Assembly (NCBI RefSeq): GCF_006345805.1
Contig: NC_043003.1
Coordinates: 114,142,001 to 114,206,000, forward strand
Length of the DNA: 64,000 nt
Reading direction: 5' to 3'
DNA from: Octopus sinensis
Lineage: Eukaryota
The notes under the pieces were generated by a model. It worked only from the letters and a program-made list of their open reading frames with translations. It searched no databases and had not been told where the DNA came from. Of the stretch, positions 26,388 to 38,929 are shown piece after piece (positions within the stretch are counted from its first letter, which is position 1; every line of letters begins with the position of its first letter). The translations under genes were made by a program, and so were the position numbers.

Positions 26388-27300
26388 TTGGTACTTATTT
26401 TATCAAACCTGAAATGATGATAGGTAAAGTCGACCTCGGTGGAATTTGAACTCTGAACGTATAGACAGACGAACTAACGGTAGGCATTTTGCCCAACATG
26501 CTAACGTATCTACCAGCTCACCGCCTTCTTATTTCTTTATTGCCCACAAGGGGCTAAACATAGAGGGGACAAACAAGGACAGAGAAAGGGATTAATTCGA
26601 TTACATCGACCCCAGTGCGTAACTGGTACTTAATTTATCGACCTCGAAAGGATGAAAGGCAAACTTGAACTCAGCGGAATTTGAACTCAGAACGTAACGG
26701 CAGACGAAATACCTATTTCTTTACTCCCCACAAGGGGCTACACACAGAGAGGACAAACAAGGACAGACAAACGGATTAAGTCGATTATATCGACCCCAGT
26801 GCGTAACTGGTACTTAATTTATTGATCCCAAAAGGATGAAAGGCAAAGTCGACCTCAGCGGAATTTGAACTCAGAACATAACGGCAGACGAAATACCTAT
26901 TTCTTTACTACCCACAAGCGGCTAAACACAGAGAGGAGAAACAAGAATAGATAAACGCACTGGTGCGTAACTGGTACTTAATTTATCGAACCCGAAAGGA
27001 TGAAAGGCAAAGTCGACCTCGGCGGAATTTGAACTCAGAACATAACGGCAGACGAAATACCTATGTCTATTTCTTTACTACCCACAAGGGGCTACACACA
27101 GAGAGGACAAACAAGGACAGTCAAACGGATTAAGTTGATTATATCGACCCCAGTGCGTAACAGGTACTTATTTAATCGACCCCGAAAGGATGAAAGGCAA
27201 AGTCGACCTCGGCGGAATTTGAACTCAGAACGTTCAGGCAGACGAAATACGGCTACGCATTTCGTCCAGCGTGCTAACGATTCTACCAGCTCACAGCCTT
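26388..27300 (-). mobile_element. Head-to-tail array of SINE family 2 (five units)
   Basis: Units at about 26388-26527, 26528-26712, 26713-26896, 26897-27060 and 27061-27300; the three internal units lack the 5' head. Confidence 0.9.
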
Positions 27301-27749
27301 CTTGTACTAACATTAACATTGATTTCTCCTTCATAATCCCAAAGTTGGCCCCGAATTATAAATAAGGAATGAAAGAATGCAATGGTGCAAAACTCCTACA
27401 CTGTCCACAACCTTCATGATTTATATAAGGTCCACACTGACTGCTTATAATCGTTATGCAAAGTGAATTTAGTATTTAGTCCGGCGTCTTGCTATCCCCA
27501 CCGAGACAGGCACCTCACCCACCACGTGACATCTATGACACACAATTACTCTGCTGTGTCAAAGAACGCCGTCGTGGATCGTTTCATTCCTCCTTCTTTA
27601 TTTTATTTATTTCTTTTTCTTTTACCGTTCTCCTACTTTTCCTTCCATCACATTTTCCTTTCACCCGTCACATTACACTGCTGCTCTTCCACAAACTTAT
27701 TCCATTTTATTATCATTATACCCTCATCTTCCCCCACTACGATTGTTAT

Positions 27750-27785
<36 letters not shown>

Positions 27786-28169
27786 GCTTCCCTTTCTCTT
27801 TCCATAACTTCTTTCTCTCTCTCTCCCTAACTTCTCCTCCTTCTCTCTCTCGTTATCCCGGTTTTCCTTCGTTTTATGTCCCCTCTTCAAAATTAACCTC
27901 CAACGAGACCCTGATTAATGTTCATCAGCCAAACCAATAAAATGGCTACAACAACAACAGCACAAACAACAAATACCACTAATGAAGAAGAAGAGCAAGA
28001 AGAAGGGGAGGAGGAGGAGAAAAAGAGTGAGAGAGAAGGGAGAAAAATGTAAATGTGAAGATGGTAAAGGAAGGAGAGAAGATGGACGCATCAAGGAGAC
28101 AAAGGACGAAGGTTGGTTTCGAACGTATTTACCTCTGCTTTATTAGTCGTCAAATATTAGACATTCACA

Positions 28170-28404
28170 TCTCGCCGTCATCGACGTTGGCTTTCATCCT
28201 TTCGAGGTCGATAAAATAAGTAACAGTCGTGTACTGAGATCGATATAATCGACTTACGCTCCCCCCACCGAAATTGCTGGCCTTGTGCCAAGACATGAAA
28301 CCAATGAATCACTCAAACATAAGGCAATGAGCTGGAAGAATTTGGCGGCCGGACAAAATGCTTACCAGTATTCCATCCGTCTTTAAGTTCTGAGTTCAAA
28401 TTCC
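28170..28404 (+). mobile_element. Two adjacent SINE family 2 variant fragments
   Basis: Body and tail at about 28170-28305, then a head running to GAGTTCAAATTCC where the MITE cuts it. Confidence 0.65.
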
Positions 28405-28856
28405 GGATCTTTTCGGTTTGAACGGCAGTTTTTAACATAATTTCTAGGTAACTAAAAATTTTTAAACTTCGTATACTGGTAGAATGTGTTTATAAAACAT
28501 CTTTTTCTCTTGGCTTTATTGCGAAAATTCTATAGTTTGTAAGATATTTGTTGGTTTTTTTCTTCAATTTCTGCAATTTCAACCAATCAATGACGTCCAT
28601 TGTCGTAAAAAACATTCTGTGCCGTATGAATATGTCCCTCGTTTAAGAAACAGATTCGGTTTATTTACATTTGTGAAGAAAAAAAGATACCCTTCCACCC
28701 ACCCCTAACCATAACCCTAACCCTAACTAAACCTAACTAAATCTAACTAACCCTAAAACAGATTGAAATGCAATAGATCGATACTAGGGTGATAATTATG
28801 GGTGAAAATTTCATATGACACCGCTAGAAAAACTGCCGTTCAAACCGAAAAGATCC
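28405..28856. mobile_element. MITE related to 24436-24731, containing telomere-like repeats
   Basis: TIR GGATCTTTTCGGTTTGAACGGCAGTTTTT at both ends; internal similarity to the 24.4-kb MITE; degenerate (CCCTAA)n at 28703-28756; no TSD seen. Confidence 0.82.
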
Positions 28857-29049
28857 ATGTTTTTGATTACTAATTTGCTCGAGTAGACCCCCCCCCCCTT
28901 GCCATACCATATTTAGAAACTAGTTTTATAGATATTTCTTTCAAAGTCCCTATTTTGTTTTCCACATATTTACTTATGTAGGTTGAAGTACGTGGAATGT
29001 TAGGGAAAAAAAATCTTGCAGTTTCTAGCAAGAAATACAACCAGATCAA

Positions 29050-29620
29050 AATTAGTTTATGAACTCTTCATGAATTATTGTGCCTTCCTACAAGCAAGCC
29101 ATACAGTTGTAAGGCTTCTACGATGTTGTTTTACCTCACACTGTACCGCTTTGTTTATCAGTTGTCCAGAACATCTCCACACCCCCTTCTTTCCACCGGG
29201 CTGCTCATTAGTCACTATGCTGTTGGACTCACAACGATCCTGGAGGAATTGTTTGAGGCAGCTTCTGTACAGTTTATATATAATATTTAGGCAAGCAATG
29301 GACCTATAGTTTTCAGGCAACTCGATGGTTCCATCCTTGACTACGAGATTCGTCCGTGCTATAGCAAGCAAATTTCGTATATCAGTCCGACCTTCCATAG
29401 TAATTTTGAATATACTTATTATTGGCTTCCTGTAAAATGTCATCCTGTTATACCAGTATCCAACTATTAGACCTCTTCTAGGTGTCTTCCCATCAAGCAG
29501 TTTGCCTATAGCTATGGTGAAAATTTCCGGGTCAATTCCATAAATTTTATTATTGATGCTGGTATAGTATTCTCTCTTTACTGCATTTAGCCATGATGCA
29601 TTGAGGTTGAGATTCTTCTT
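29050..29620 (-). mobile_element. R4/Dong-type RT fragment (domains 0-3)
   Basis: ORF 29075-29638 contains GYW, PENYRSIACLNIIYKL, EQPGGKKGVW and SLTTVWLA..KA. Confidence 0.8.
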
Positions 29621-29699
29621 TTTGTTCGAGATTTTCAACCAGAATGATTCAAGATCTTGCTGAGAGGGAGCTTTGTTAACGGTATGTATGTATGTATGT

Positions 29700-29822
29700 C
29701 AAAAGGCTGCAATCTAGCAGAAACGATAGCGCGCCGGGCGAAATGCGTAGCCGTATTTCATCTGCTGTTACGTTCTGAGTTCAAATTCCGCCGAGGTCGA
29801 CATTGCATTTCATCCTTTCGAG
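29700..29822 (+). mobile_element. SINE family 2 head fragment
   Basis: Matches 50053-50170. Confidence 0.75.
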
Positions 29823-30400
29823 CCGCATGTTCGGGACGTCAGTGACTGAACCAGCACTCTACCAAGTCTTTTTGGTTTTCGGTGGAGACTCTGTAGGATA
29901 GAAAACGAAAGTTATGAAAGTGCAGATGAAGTCAGGAGAGTCAACTGTCCCCCAACAGTTAACACCCAACAGTCTTTGATTAGACATCACTCTAGGAGAA
30001 GAAAAACTCTTATGTAACACTTGTAGCTTCATTTGCATCCAATGACGTTGACGAATACTTGGGGTAGGGGGAAATGCACACGTTGTTTACAGAACGAGGG
30101 GGACCCTGTGCAATGCCTTTCCTCGCTTGAAAAAGCTTCAAACAGGATTTTTAACATCTATATTAACATTGCTATTATGTGCAATATGGTCATTGCTGAA
30201 GGAAGCGAAACTCTCAATTAAGGAACGCATGTGTCTGCATGTATGGTAAGTTCCCTGTGCACCTCCTGCCTGAGGTAACCATTTTGGGCCCGTCTGTGCA
30301 AAGGAGTATAGGTCCCTAACAGGACTAAATCAGTCAATCAATCAATCAATCAAGCAAGCAAGCAATCAATCACTCTACATACATAATATATATATATATA

Positions 30401-30626
30401 TAAATAAATAAAATACATGCATATATACATACATATATGTACGTACCTACCTCTACATGTATATATACATGCGTATATGGGTACAGGACACAAAAAAAAA
30501 ACGTCGAACACAATGAGAAACGAAAACATAAACACAAATCCTGTACCCATATATGCATGTATATATACATGTAGAGGTAGGTACGTACATATATGTATGT
30601 ATATATGCATGTATTTTATTTATTTA
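30401..30626. repeat. Local inverted duplication (88-bp arms, 50-bp spacer)
   Basis: 30401-30488 is the reverse complement of 30539-30626 with one mismatch. Confidence 0.88.
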
Positions 30627-30681
30627 TTAACTTATTATATGACAGAACGCACGCATCCCTTTCTAAGTAAGATTGTTCTCT

Positions 30682-30760
<79 letters not shown>

Positions 30761-31347
30761 CGTATACAAGCAAATGTACATAAATGCAAACAGGTATATA
30801 TGCCTAATATTTATACATAGATACATATTTAAGACATCAAGTTAAAACTTGAAATATAAAGATTGCTCTATCTATTTATGTATCAGTGGTATGATAGTGC
30901 TCAATGGAGCAAATTAAAACATCTGAGCAGCTAAATATCTAAACGGAGTGGGAAAACAGGAGCTTTCTCTACAGATATGAAAATTTATGTACGCTCAAGA
31001 CTTTTTGACCAGTAAAAGTTTCATGTGCTGCACGCACAATCATCAATAGAACAAGAGAGAAATAACAGCGATACTTATTTTATTATACACTACGATTTTA
31101 TGCGTTTTGCTTCAGGGAAACAAAGATGTGACAAAACAATTGAAACAGCACCAAATAAATATAAAACATTTATAATGTTGTATATATTTCAAGATTTCAT
31201 ATTGAGCTCCTTGAAAATCGAAGGGGGTCACGTTCTATCAATAATTCACTCATTTTATGTATTATACATATATTAATAAAACTTGTTTGCTTCGGTTGTT
31301 CTGCACCTATTTTTTTTGTGTCGTATGCATAAAGCACAACAATATCT

Positions 31348-31420
<73 letters not shown>

Positions 31421-31990
31421 GTGAAGGAAATGAAATGCCTTATACGTAATTGACAAAGTACATAATAAAGAAAGTAGTGGTGATAATGTAGTTCAGTGAA
31501 AGCCCAGTAGGTGGCATTCTCAGCCTGGCTGTAGTCCGATGACCTGAAACTAGTAAAAGAATAGAAAGAGACGAAGAGCCGGGGAAAGAGAGGAAGGATA
31601 CGCTGTACAATAAATGAAGGAAGAATAAGAGATATGGACGAAAGGGAGTAAAGAGGGATCGAGGTAAGGAATGGGAAAGAGATTGGAAGAATGGAATGGT
31701 TTAAGAAAGACAAGATTTATGAGAGTGAAGGGAATGGAGAGTAAAAACAATGGAATTAAGATGGAGGAAAGATAGAGCAACACATAGACGAATGTCGAGA
31801 GAGAGAGAGAGGGAGAGAGGGAGAGGGAGAGTGAGAGAGGGAGAGTGTGTGTGTGAGAGAGGCAAGAAGATTGAGAGATGGAAAATGGATGATGGATGGA
31901 CATATATATTCATAATTAGACAGGAAGGGAGAGATAAAATGCTAAATGAATCATATATACATAAATATAATATACATACACGAGCGTGTG

Positions 31991-32023
<33 letters not shown>

Positions 32024-32282
32024 ATATATATATACATATACATACATAGATACATGCATACACGCATGTAAATGCACACACACACACATATATATATATA
32101 TACACGCTCATATTTATGCATATGTATATATATGTATATATATATATGTATACCTGTATGTATATGTATGCATACATGCATATATTCATTTGTGTGTGGC
32201 TCTGTGCGTGTGCGTGTGCGTGTGTATGTGTGTGTGTGTATGTGTGTGTGAGTGTATGTGTGTGTGTGTGTATGTGTGTGTG

Positions 32283-32322
<40 letters not shown>

Positions 32323-33080
32323 TGCAAAGAAGCTGGCGAAGACAAACGGACGGATAGAAAGAGATAGTTTAACCGGAAATGACTCAAAAACTCACATTAG
32401 GAGACATCTTTTATTGTTCACTTTTCTTTCTTTCTTTCATTCCTTCCTTCCTGCCTTCCTTTCTCTCTTAACGGTTTGCTACATAAACCTATGTTAGTCG
32501 CTCTAAATGACCATCGTTATTGTTATTTTATGTGCACCATCAATGATGATTATGATTGTACTGATGCTGGATGCGGTGGTAGTAAAGAAGGTGTTGGGGT
32601 AGAAGTGTGTCTGGTGATGTAAACGGTTGGTAGTGTAAAACGTGTGACTGGTTGGTTGTCTGGCTGGCTGGCTGGTTGGTGACTTTGCCCAGTCTATATC
32701 CACTGGTCAAGTAAGACGGTCGTAAATCTCTTGAGAATAATGGAATAACGAAAGACCCAACGTTATGACATTATGCTTGGTGGTGCTGGTTACAAAATGT
32801 CTCAGTCTCTCGTGATAAACACTTCCTCCCCCGTCGACACCACCGCCTTACTACCTACCTACAACACCACCATCACCACCACCATCGCACTGCACACGCC
32901 GAAAGAGTTCAGACTTTGGTGAATATTTGTCTTGGTATAAATAGCTTAGTGAGGTCACAAGATAAGGATTAAGTATGATGAACGAAAGAGATCGGCCATA
33001 AAACTGCACACACACACACGCGCGCGCATGCAAACACATGCGCATATATTTATATATATATATATATATGTGTGCCTGTG

Positions 33081-33116
<36 letters not shown>

Positions 33117-33289
33117 TGTATGTATCTATGTATGTATATATGTATGTATGTACGTATGTATGTGCATATATATGTGTATAGGAGAATTATACCTCAAGTG
33201 GTATAAAAGTGAGTATAACATTTTATTAATTATATTTCTGAGATAAGGCATTGAAATTGTACTTAGTGTCAGAGTAACTGTTCCTCTAC

Positions 33290-33700
33290 CTCTTCTTCTT
33301 ACAGCATCCACCCGGGGTGGGTTGAGCTGGCTTCATTCTTCTTCAATGCTGCATCTCTCCCAAACACCGACCAGGCCTGGCGATTTAAGGCTAACGACTG
33401 CGTGATCTCCAACCACTCCTTATTCTAGCGGTGAACGCCGTAGGCATAGGGGCCTAGGTTGGGTTCCAGATCAGCCTTGACCGTCGTCAGCCAGGTTTTT
33501 CGTTGTCCACCACGACGCTTTCGCCAACCCTGAAGGGGAGCTGGGGAAATTACTTCGTAGATGAATTCTCCTGGTTGACGACGGAGAGCGTGACCCAGCC
33601 AACGCAGATGTCTCGTTAGGATGACTTGTCGGAGGTAGGTGATTCTGCACTGGTGTCGCACCGAATTGTTGGAGACAAAGTGATGCCATCGGACACAAGT
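33290..33700 (-). mobile_element. RTE-clade LINE 3' end
   Basis: RHLRWLGHALRR..RKRRGGQRKTW...NRQAW is a typical RTE ORF2 C-terminus. Confidence 0.8.
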
Positions 33701-33964
33701 ATTACTCTATACACAAGTATTACTCAACGAAGTCTTCTACGGCAGCCACCCATTTGCCCCATTGTTGAGTCCCTCTCTAGAAAAGCATAGAAAAACATTC
33801 AGGAATGCGTTGTTGTTGTCACTTCTCCCCTGGATCTTTTACTTCGTGTGTGTCATGAAATCGTTGTCCCCCGAAGATTGTCCTTCATTTTTTTTAACAG
33901 AAAGCAGTAGAACAGCGTCAGAACCGGTCTGCAGGGTCGATGGTGGCCAAAGATGTGTGTGTGT

Positions 33965-34264
33965 GGAGGCACATGGCCTAGTGGTTAGAGTAGCGGACTC
34001 ACGATCGAGGGATCGCAGGTTCGAATCTCTGACCGGACGATGTGTGTGTTTATGAGCGAAACACCTAAGCTCCACACGGCTCCGGCAGAAGGTAATGGCG
34101 AAACTTCTGCTGACTCCTTCGCCACAACTTTCTCTCACTCTTTCCTCCTGCATCTTACAGCTCACCTGCGATGGAACGGCGTCCCGTCCAGGTGGGGAAC
34201 CTATACGCCAAGAAACCGGGAAACCGGCCCTTATGAGCCAGGCATGGCTCGAGAAGGAAAAAAA
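33965..34264 (+). mobile_element. tRNA-derived SINE family 3, full length
   Basis: A box TGGCCTAGTGG, B box GGTTCGAATC, non-tRNA body and A-rich end. Confidence 0.8.
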
Positions 34265-34339
34265 TGATGTGTGTGGTCAAACATTGTTTTGAGAAATGAA
34301 AATAGCTTTCCGTGTCTTCCTCTCAATAACTCTTCTAAG

Positions 34340-34940
34340 CTTTATAAGGGTCTGAGTATATCACTCAATGTTCATGGTTCAGCCATGTGAAGGACGCCCT
34401 TCTTCTCCAGCCACCACCATCACCACCACTCAAACTATCACCATGACCTTCTCTACCAATCGCTGCGCCTTGAAGTTTTAAAGAAAACGGTTGACACCAT
34501 TCCACGGACTGAACCTTTGTTTCTGGTTCATAAAGACAACCATTTTCCACCCTCCATTACCCAAGTTGATAAAATAAAAGGCGTCTGAATCTTTCTAGCA
34601 TATCAAAGCACACTACCACTCTCCTCTCTATCGAGTGTCAACTGCCGAGGTTCTCTCGGAATAGACCCAATGACTTCCACCAACTTCTGTAATGTATTGT
34701 GACCATTGTCCAGTTGCGTAGCAAACTCACGGATTGTGACATTTAGAACCTCACCGGTTTGTTCATTCGTTTGCAATTTGTGTCGCTCTTCGCATTTGAT
34801 GGTCTTCCATTGTCTAGTTTGTCTTCCACTTGCTTAGATTTCTTAGACTTCTTTTTCAGTCTGAGCACACAGCTTTTGTCATCACTGTAAATATTCTTTA
34901 GTCTTCTGTGGAAGTTGAGACATACCACATCGTAGATGCG
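34340..34940 (-). mobile_element. Decayed mariner transposase
   Basis: Residual GRPS, TIREFATQL, a PRE(L)T-like motif, YEPETKVQSVEW and a GKVMV-like motif across frameshifts. Confidence 0.7.
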
Positions 34941-36057
34941 AAACCTAATTCTTCTTTAAAATAAACATCATTTTTGCGAACATATTAAAGAATCGTTAAC
35001 ACAACTTACGATTTATTTTTCGCATGCAGAAAAGTAAAGTTTATTTCTGTTGGCATGATTCACGGTTCGTGAATTACACAATGGAATTAATCACAAATCT
35101 TAATTCAACGATGCTAGTTATTCTAATTTGCACACCCTGCATTTATCGGTGGGGTTTTCTCACTAAGCTAAAATCAATAGCGCCTTCTTCCAAATTCCAG
35201 ACGAGATACACTAATTTTTCACACTCCTCATATTTCATGCATGAATAAATAATATATATATTTATTGGTTTTCTAATATACTTCGCCTATATTAGAAAGT
35301 CAATGATAGATTTAAATTACTGGAGTTACACTTTTTATGACCTTCATTGTGAATCTATATCTCTCTATATATATATGTAAATACAACTTTGTAATCTACG
35401 ATGATCCACAGAATAAAAACAGAGAGAACTGTCGTGTTCCACGGTTTGTAGAAAATTAAATAAAGGTCATGTTTAACTTCTTCTTTCTGCAAAGCCAACA
35501 TAATGCTTTATATTATATATACAACATAATTGTTTATATTAAGTACCGGCTAGGACAGAATGTAAATAATTAAGACACTGCATGTAATAGGTAAGATATA
35601 GAACGTGCACGCGATAATACTTGGAAAGTTATAAAACATCAGATCAGGTATTCAGGAAGCGTTAGAACCTTCAAGGTTTAGAAAGTATTTGTTGAAATGT
35701 CGACATTTATTGAAGAACTCTATCCTACATTTCAATTTCCTGCAGGCTTATTAAAACTTTTCAGGATGAGCTTCTTCATTGCTCTCCATTACCCACATCA
35801 TTTGGCCCAATGATGGTTTGGATCTCTCAAGGATTTTCCTATCAATACTGAAATAAATGGCACTTTCATTCAATTTCCAGCTGTATCTTTTATTTTCCAT
35901 CTTCAGTCATTACGGCCATGCTTCAGTACCAGCTAAGAGAATTTGTTAGTTGAATGCATCGACCCCAGTACTTAATTTTAAGCCTGGAACTCATCGTATC
36001 GAATCATTTTGTCGAACCGCTAAGTTACGGGGACGTAACTACACCAATACACACAAC

Positions 36058-36211
36058 GCATTATTTACATTATTTACATTTGACGGATATTTGTCCTCAT
36101 CTTGTTTGCTGTTAACACGTTTCGGCTGATATACTCTCCAGCCGTCATCAGGTGTCTTCGGGAAATTTCGAACCTGGGTTCTCATTCCTAAGGTATTTTT
36201 CGATGTTGTTG

Positions 36212-36273
<62 letters not shown>

Positions 36274-36296
36274 TATTATTATTATTATTATTATTA

Positions 36297-36337
<41 letters not shown>

Positions 36338-36408
36338 TCACTGCCTGGAATTGAACTCGGAATGTTGAGGTTACCAGCCCGTGCTCTTAACCACTACGCC
36401 ATATGCCC
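36058..36408 (-). mobile_element. Composite SINE: tRNA-like head + (AAT)n + body with an HHR-like core
   Basis: A box TGGCGTAGTGG (36391-36401), B box GAGTTCAATTCC (36347-36358), CTGATGAC-GGCTG..CAGCC-GAAAC (36119-36151), tail of AATGTAAAT repeats; it interrupts a SINE family 1 relic. Confidence 0.7.
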
Positions 36409-36871
36409 GGGCAGAAGGCGCTTGCTCAAGGTGCCACGCAGTAGGACTGAACCCAGAACCATTCGTTCGGGAAACAAGCTTCTTACCACACAGCTACGTC
36501 CGTTATTGAAAAATATTGTTGCGTTGCACTTTTATATATTTCTATCGGATGAATATTCATTGGAATATCAGTGCATTAATTTATTTTTTATATCGACAGA
36601 CAGTTTACGAACACTGTTAAGATTTGGACTTCCCAAAGCAAGTTCTACTTCGTATACATTCGCTTCTTATATTTTATAAAGATTTAGTCTTGTGCGTGCA
36701 GTTAGCTTTAGTTAATATAGTGGACCGTACTACTGTGAATCACTGAAAGACTTTTGTATTGGATGGATTTCTAAACCTATGGTTGATGGGTAAATGCTTG
36801 TTACTCGAAAGTAAGAAGTATTTGGTAATATTATATTTAGCTCTTACGAAAAATTTATAAATATTCGTATA

Positions 36872-36920
<49 letters not shown>

Positions 36921-36982
36921 ACATAGATAGATAAATAGACAGATAGTGAGAGAGAGAGAGAAAGAGAGAAAGAAAAGGAAAG

Positions 36983-37813
36983 AGGGTGCTCGAACTAAAT
37001 TTGACGATATTTTATGTCCATTTTTTCAGGAAGATTTTAGTGTATTGGTGGACAGTCAACGGCATTGGAGTGAACAAAAATTTAACCTGATATGGAATAC
37101 CGAAGGCATCTGAATATTGGAAAAGAGTTACCTATAGCATGTTGAATCATGTTACATGGACAGCTATAATGGAGACTACGAAGCTGTGTCCAGCTGGAAG
37201 GGATATAACGGTCGTTCTGACTGCCCCTTGACACGGCAGTATTCATTTTAAACAGCGATTAATGAACATAGCCTTAGGTTCAATTACTATAGCAATGTTA
37301 AGTATCTGGAGGCTATCGTTAATCCGTGGATGGGGAGCGTTACTGCATGTAGACCATATGTGTGGCAGCAGGATTCATCTCTTTGCCGTACTTCCGGAGA
37401 GAACCAGAAGCGGTTGTCGGAGAATTCCTGCAACCTTACTCGCCCCAGTTTCTCCTCTCGTAATTCCCCTGCTTGTGATCCAATGGATCACTATGTGTGG
37501 AGCATGGATGGTTGCGAAAAGAATCAACTGCTGTGATTCCAAAACTGCAACACCAAAACTGTGATGACGGGGATCAAGATGAAGGAGGTGTTCCAAGTTT
37601 TATCCTGTTACGCAGTGAGGAAACCATGCACCGGATTCCGGAGCCGTATGAAGGCCAGGGTGAAAGGTGAGGGTAGATACTCTGAGTTAGCTTTTATCAC
37701 CCAGCAGTGATCTAGTTAATCTAGGTCGAGTTTTTAAAATACTTTTATTGTCTTGGATGGAATATTGTATTTTCTTTTCCTTTTATGCAAACTGTCAAAT
37801 GTAGCCCGAACAC
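36983..37813 (+). mobile_element. Internally deleted Tc1/mariner (maT-like) element, copy 1
   Basis: Imperfect TIRs (gggtgctcgaactaaatttgac / gtcaaatgtagcccgaacac); transposase C-terminal relic RPYVWQQDS...NSPACDPMDHYVW. Confidence 0.75.
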
Positions 37814-37860
37814 ACACACACACACACACACACAACACACACATAGATAGATAAATAGAC

Positions 37861-37911
<51 letters not shown>

Positions 37912-37922
37912 GAAAAGGAAAG

Positions 37923-38800
37923 AGGGTGCTCGAACTAAATTTGACGATATTTTATGTCCATTTTTTCAGGAAGATTTTAGTGTATTGGTGGACAGTCAGC
38001 GGCATTGGAGTGAACAAAAATTTAACCTGATATGGAATACCGAAGGCATCTGAATATTGGAAAAGAGTTACCTATAGCATGATGCCGACATTATGACTGC
38101 TGCTCAATGCTCTGTGAACATTATAATTGTTGAATCATGTTACATGGACAGCTATAATGGAGACTACGAAGCTGTGTCCAGCTGGAAGGGATATAACGGT
38201 CGTTCTGACTGCCCCTTGACACGGTAGTATTCATTTCAAACAGCGATTAATGAACATAGCCTTAGGTTCAATTACTATAGCAATGTTAAGTATCTGGAGG
38301 CTATCGTTAATCCGTGGATGGGGAGCGTTACTGCATGTAGACCATATGTGTGGCAGCAGGATTCATCTCTTTGCCGTACTTCCGGAGAGAACCAGAAGCG
38401 GTTGTCGGAGAATTCCTGCAACCTTACTCGCCCCAGTTTCTCCTCTCGTAATTCCCCTGCTTGTGATCCAATGGATCACTATGTGTGGAGCATGGATGGT
38501 TGCGAAAAGAATCAACTGCTGTGATTCCAAAACTGCAACACCAAAACTGTGATGACGGGGATCAAGATGAAGGAGGTGTTCCAAGTTTTATCCTGTTACG
38601 CAGTGAGGAAACCATGCACGGATTCCGGAGCCGTATGAAGGCCAGGGTGAAAGGTGAGGGTAGATACTCTGAGTTAGCTTTTATCACCCAGCAGTGATCT
38701 AGTTAATCTAGGTCGAGTTTTTAAAATACTTTTATTGTCTTGGATGGAATATTGTATTTTCTTTTCCTTTTATGCAAACTGTCAAATGTAGCCCGAACAC
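37923..38800 (+). mobile_element. Internally deleted Tc1/mariner (maT-like) element, copy 2 (tandem duplicate)
   Basis: Near-identical to copy 1, plus 48 extra bp at 38081-38128. Confidence 0.75.
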
Positions 38801-38929
38801 ACACACACACACACACACACACACTTATAAGTCAAGTACTCATATACAGAGATACATACACGGGCATACAAGACTTCCAAATCATTTTTCATTGTGGACG
38901 AAACACCTTACGTTTTGTGTTGCTGCAGC

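Noticed and set aside
26388-27300. Regularly spaced repeats resembling a CRISPR array
   Set aside because: The units are whole SINE copies with no unique spacers, there are no cas genes, and the context is eukaryotic.
28703-28756. Interstitial telomere or fusion site
   Set aside because: The tract is short, degenerate and lies inside a TIR-bounded MITE.
33965-34040. Possible tRNA gene (also 2195-2270, 36335-36408, 50053-50140)
   Set aside because: A and B boxes are present, but the cloverleaf stems do not close and the sequences continue into SINE bodies.
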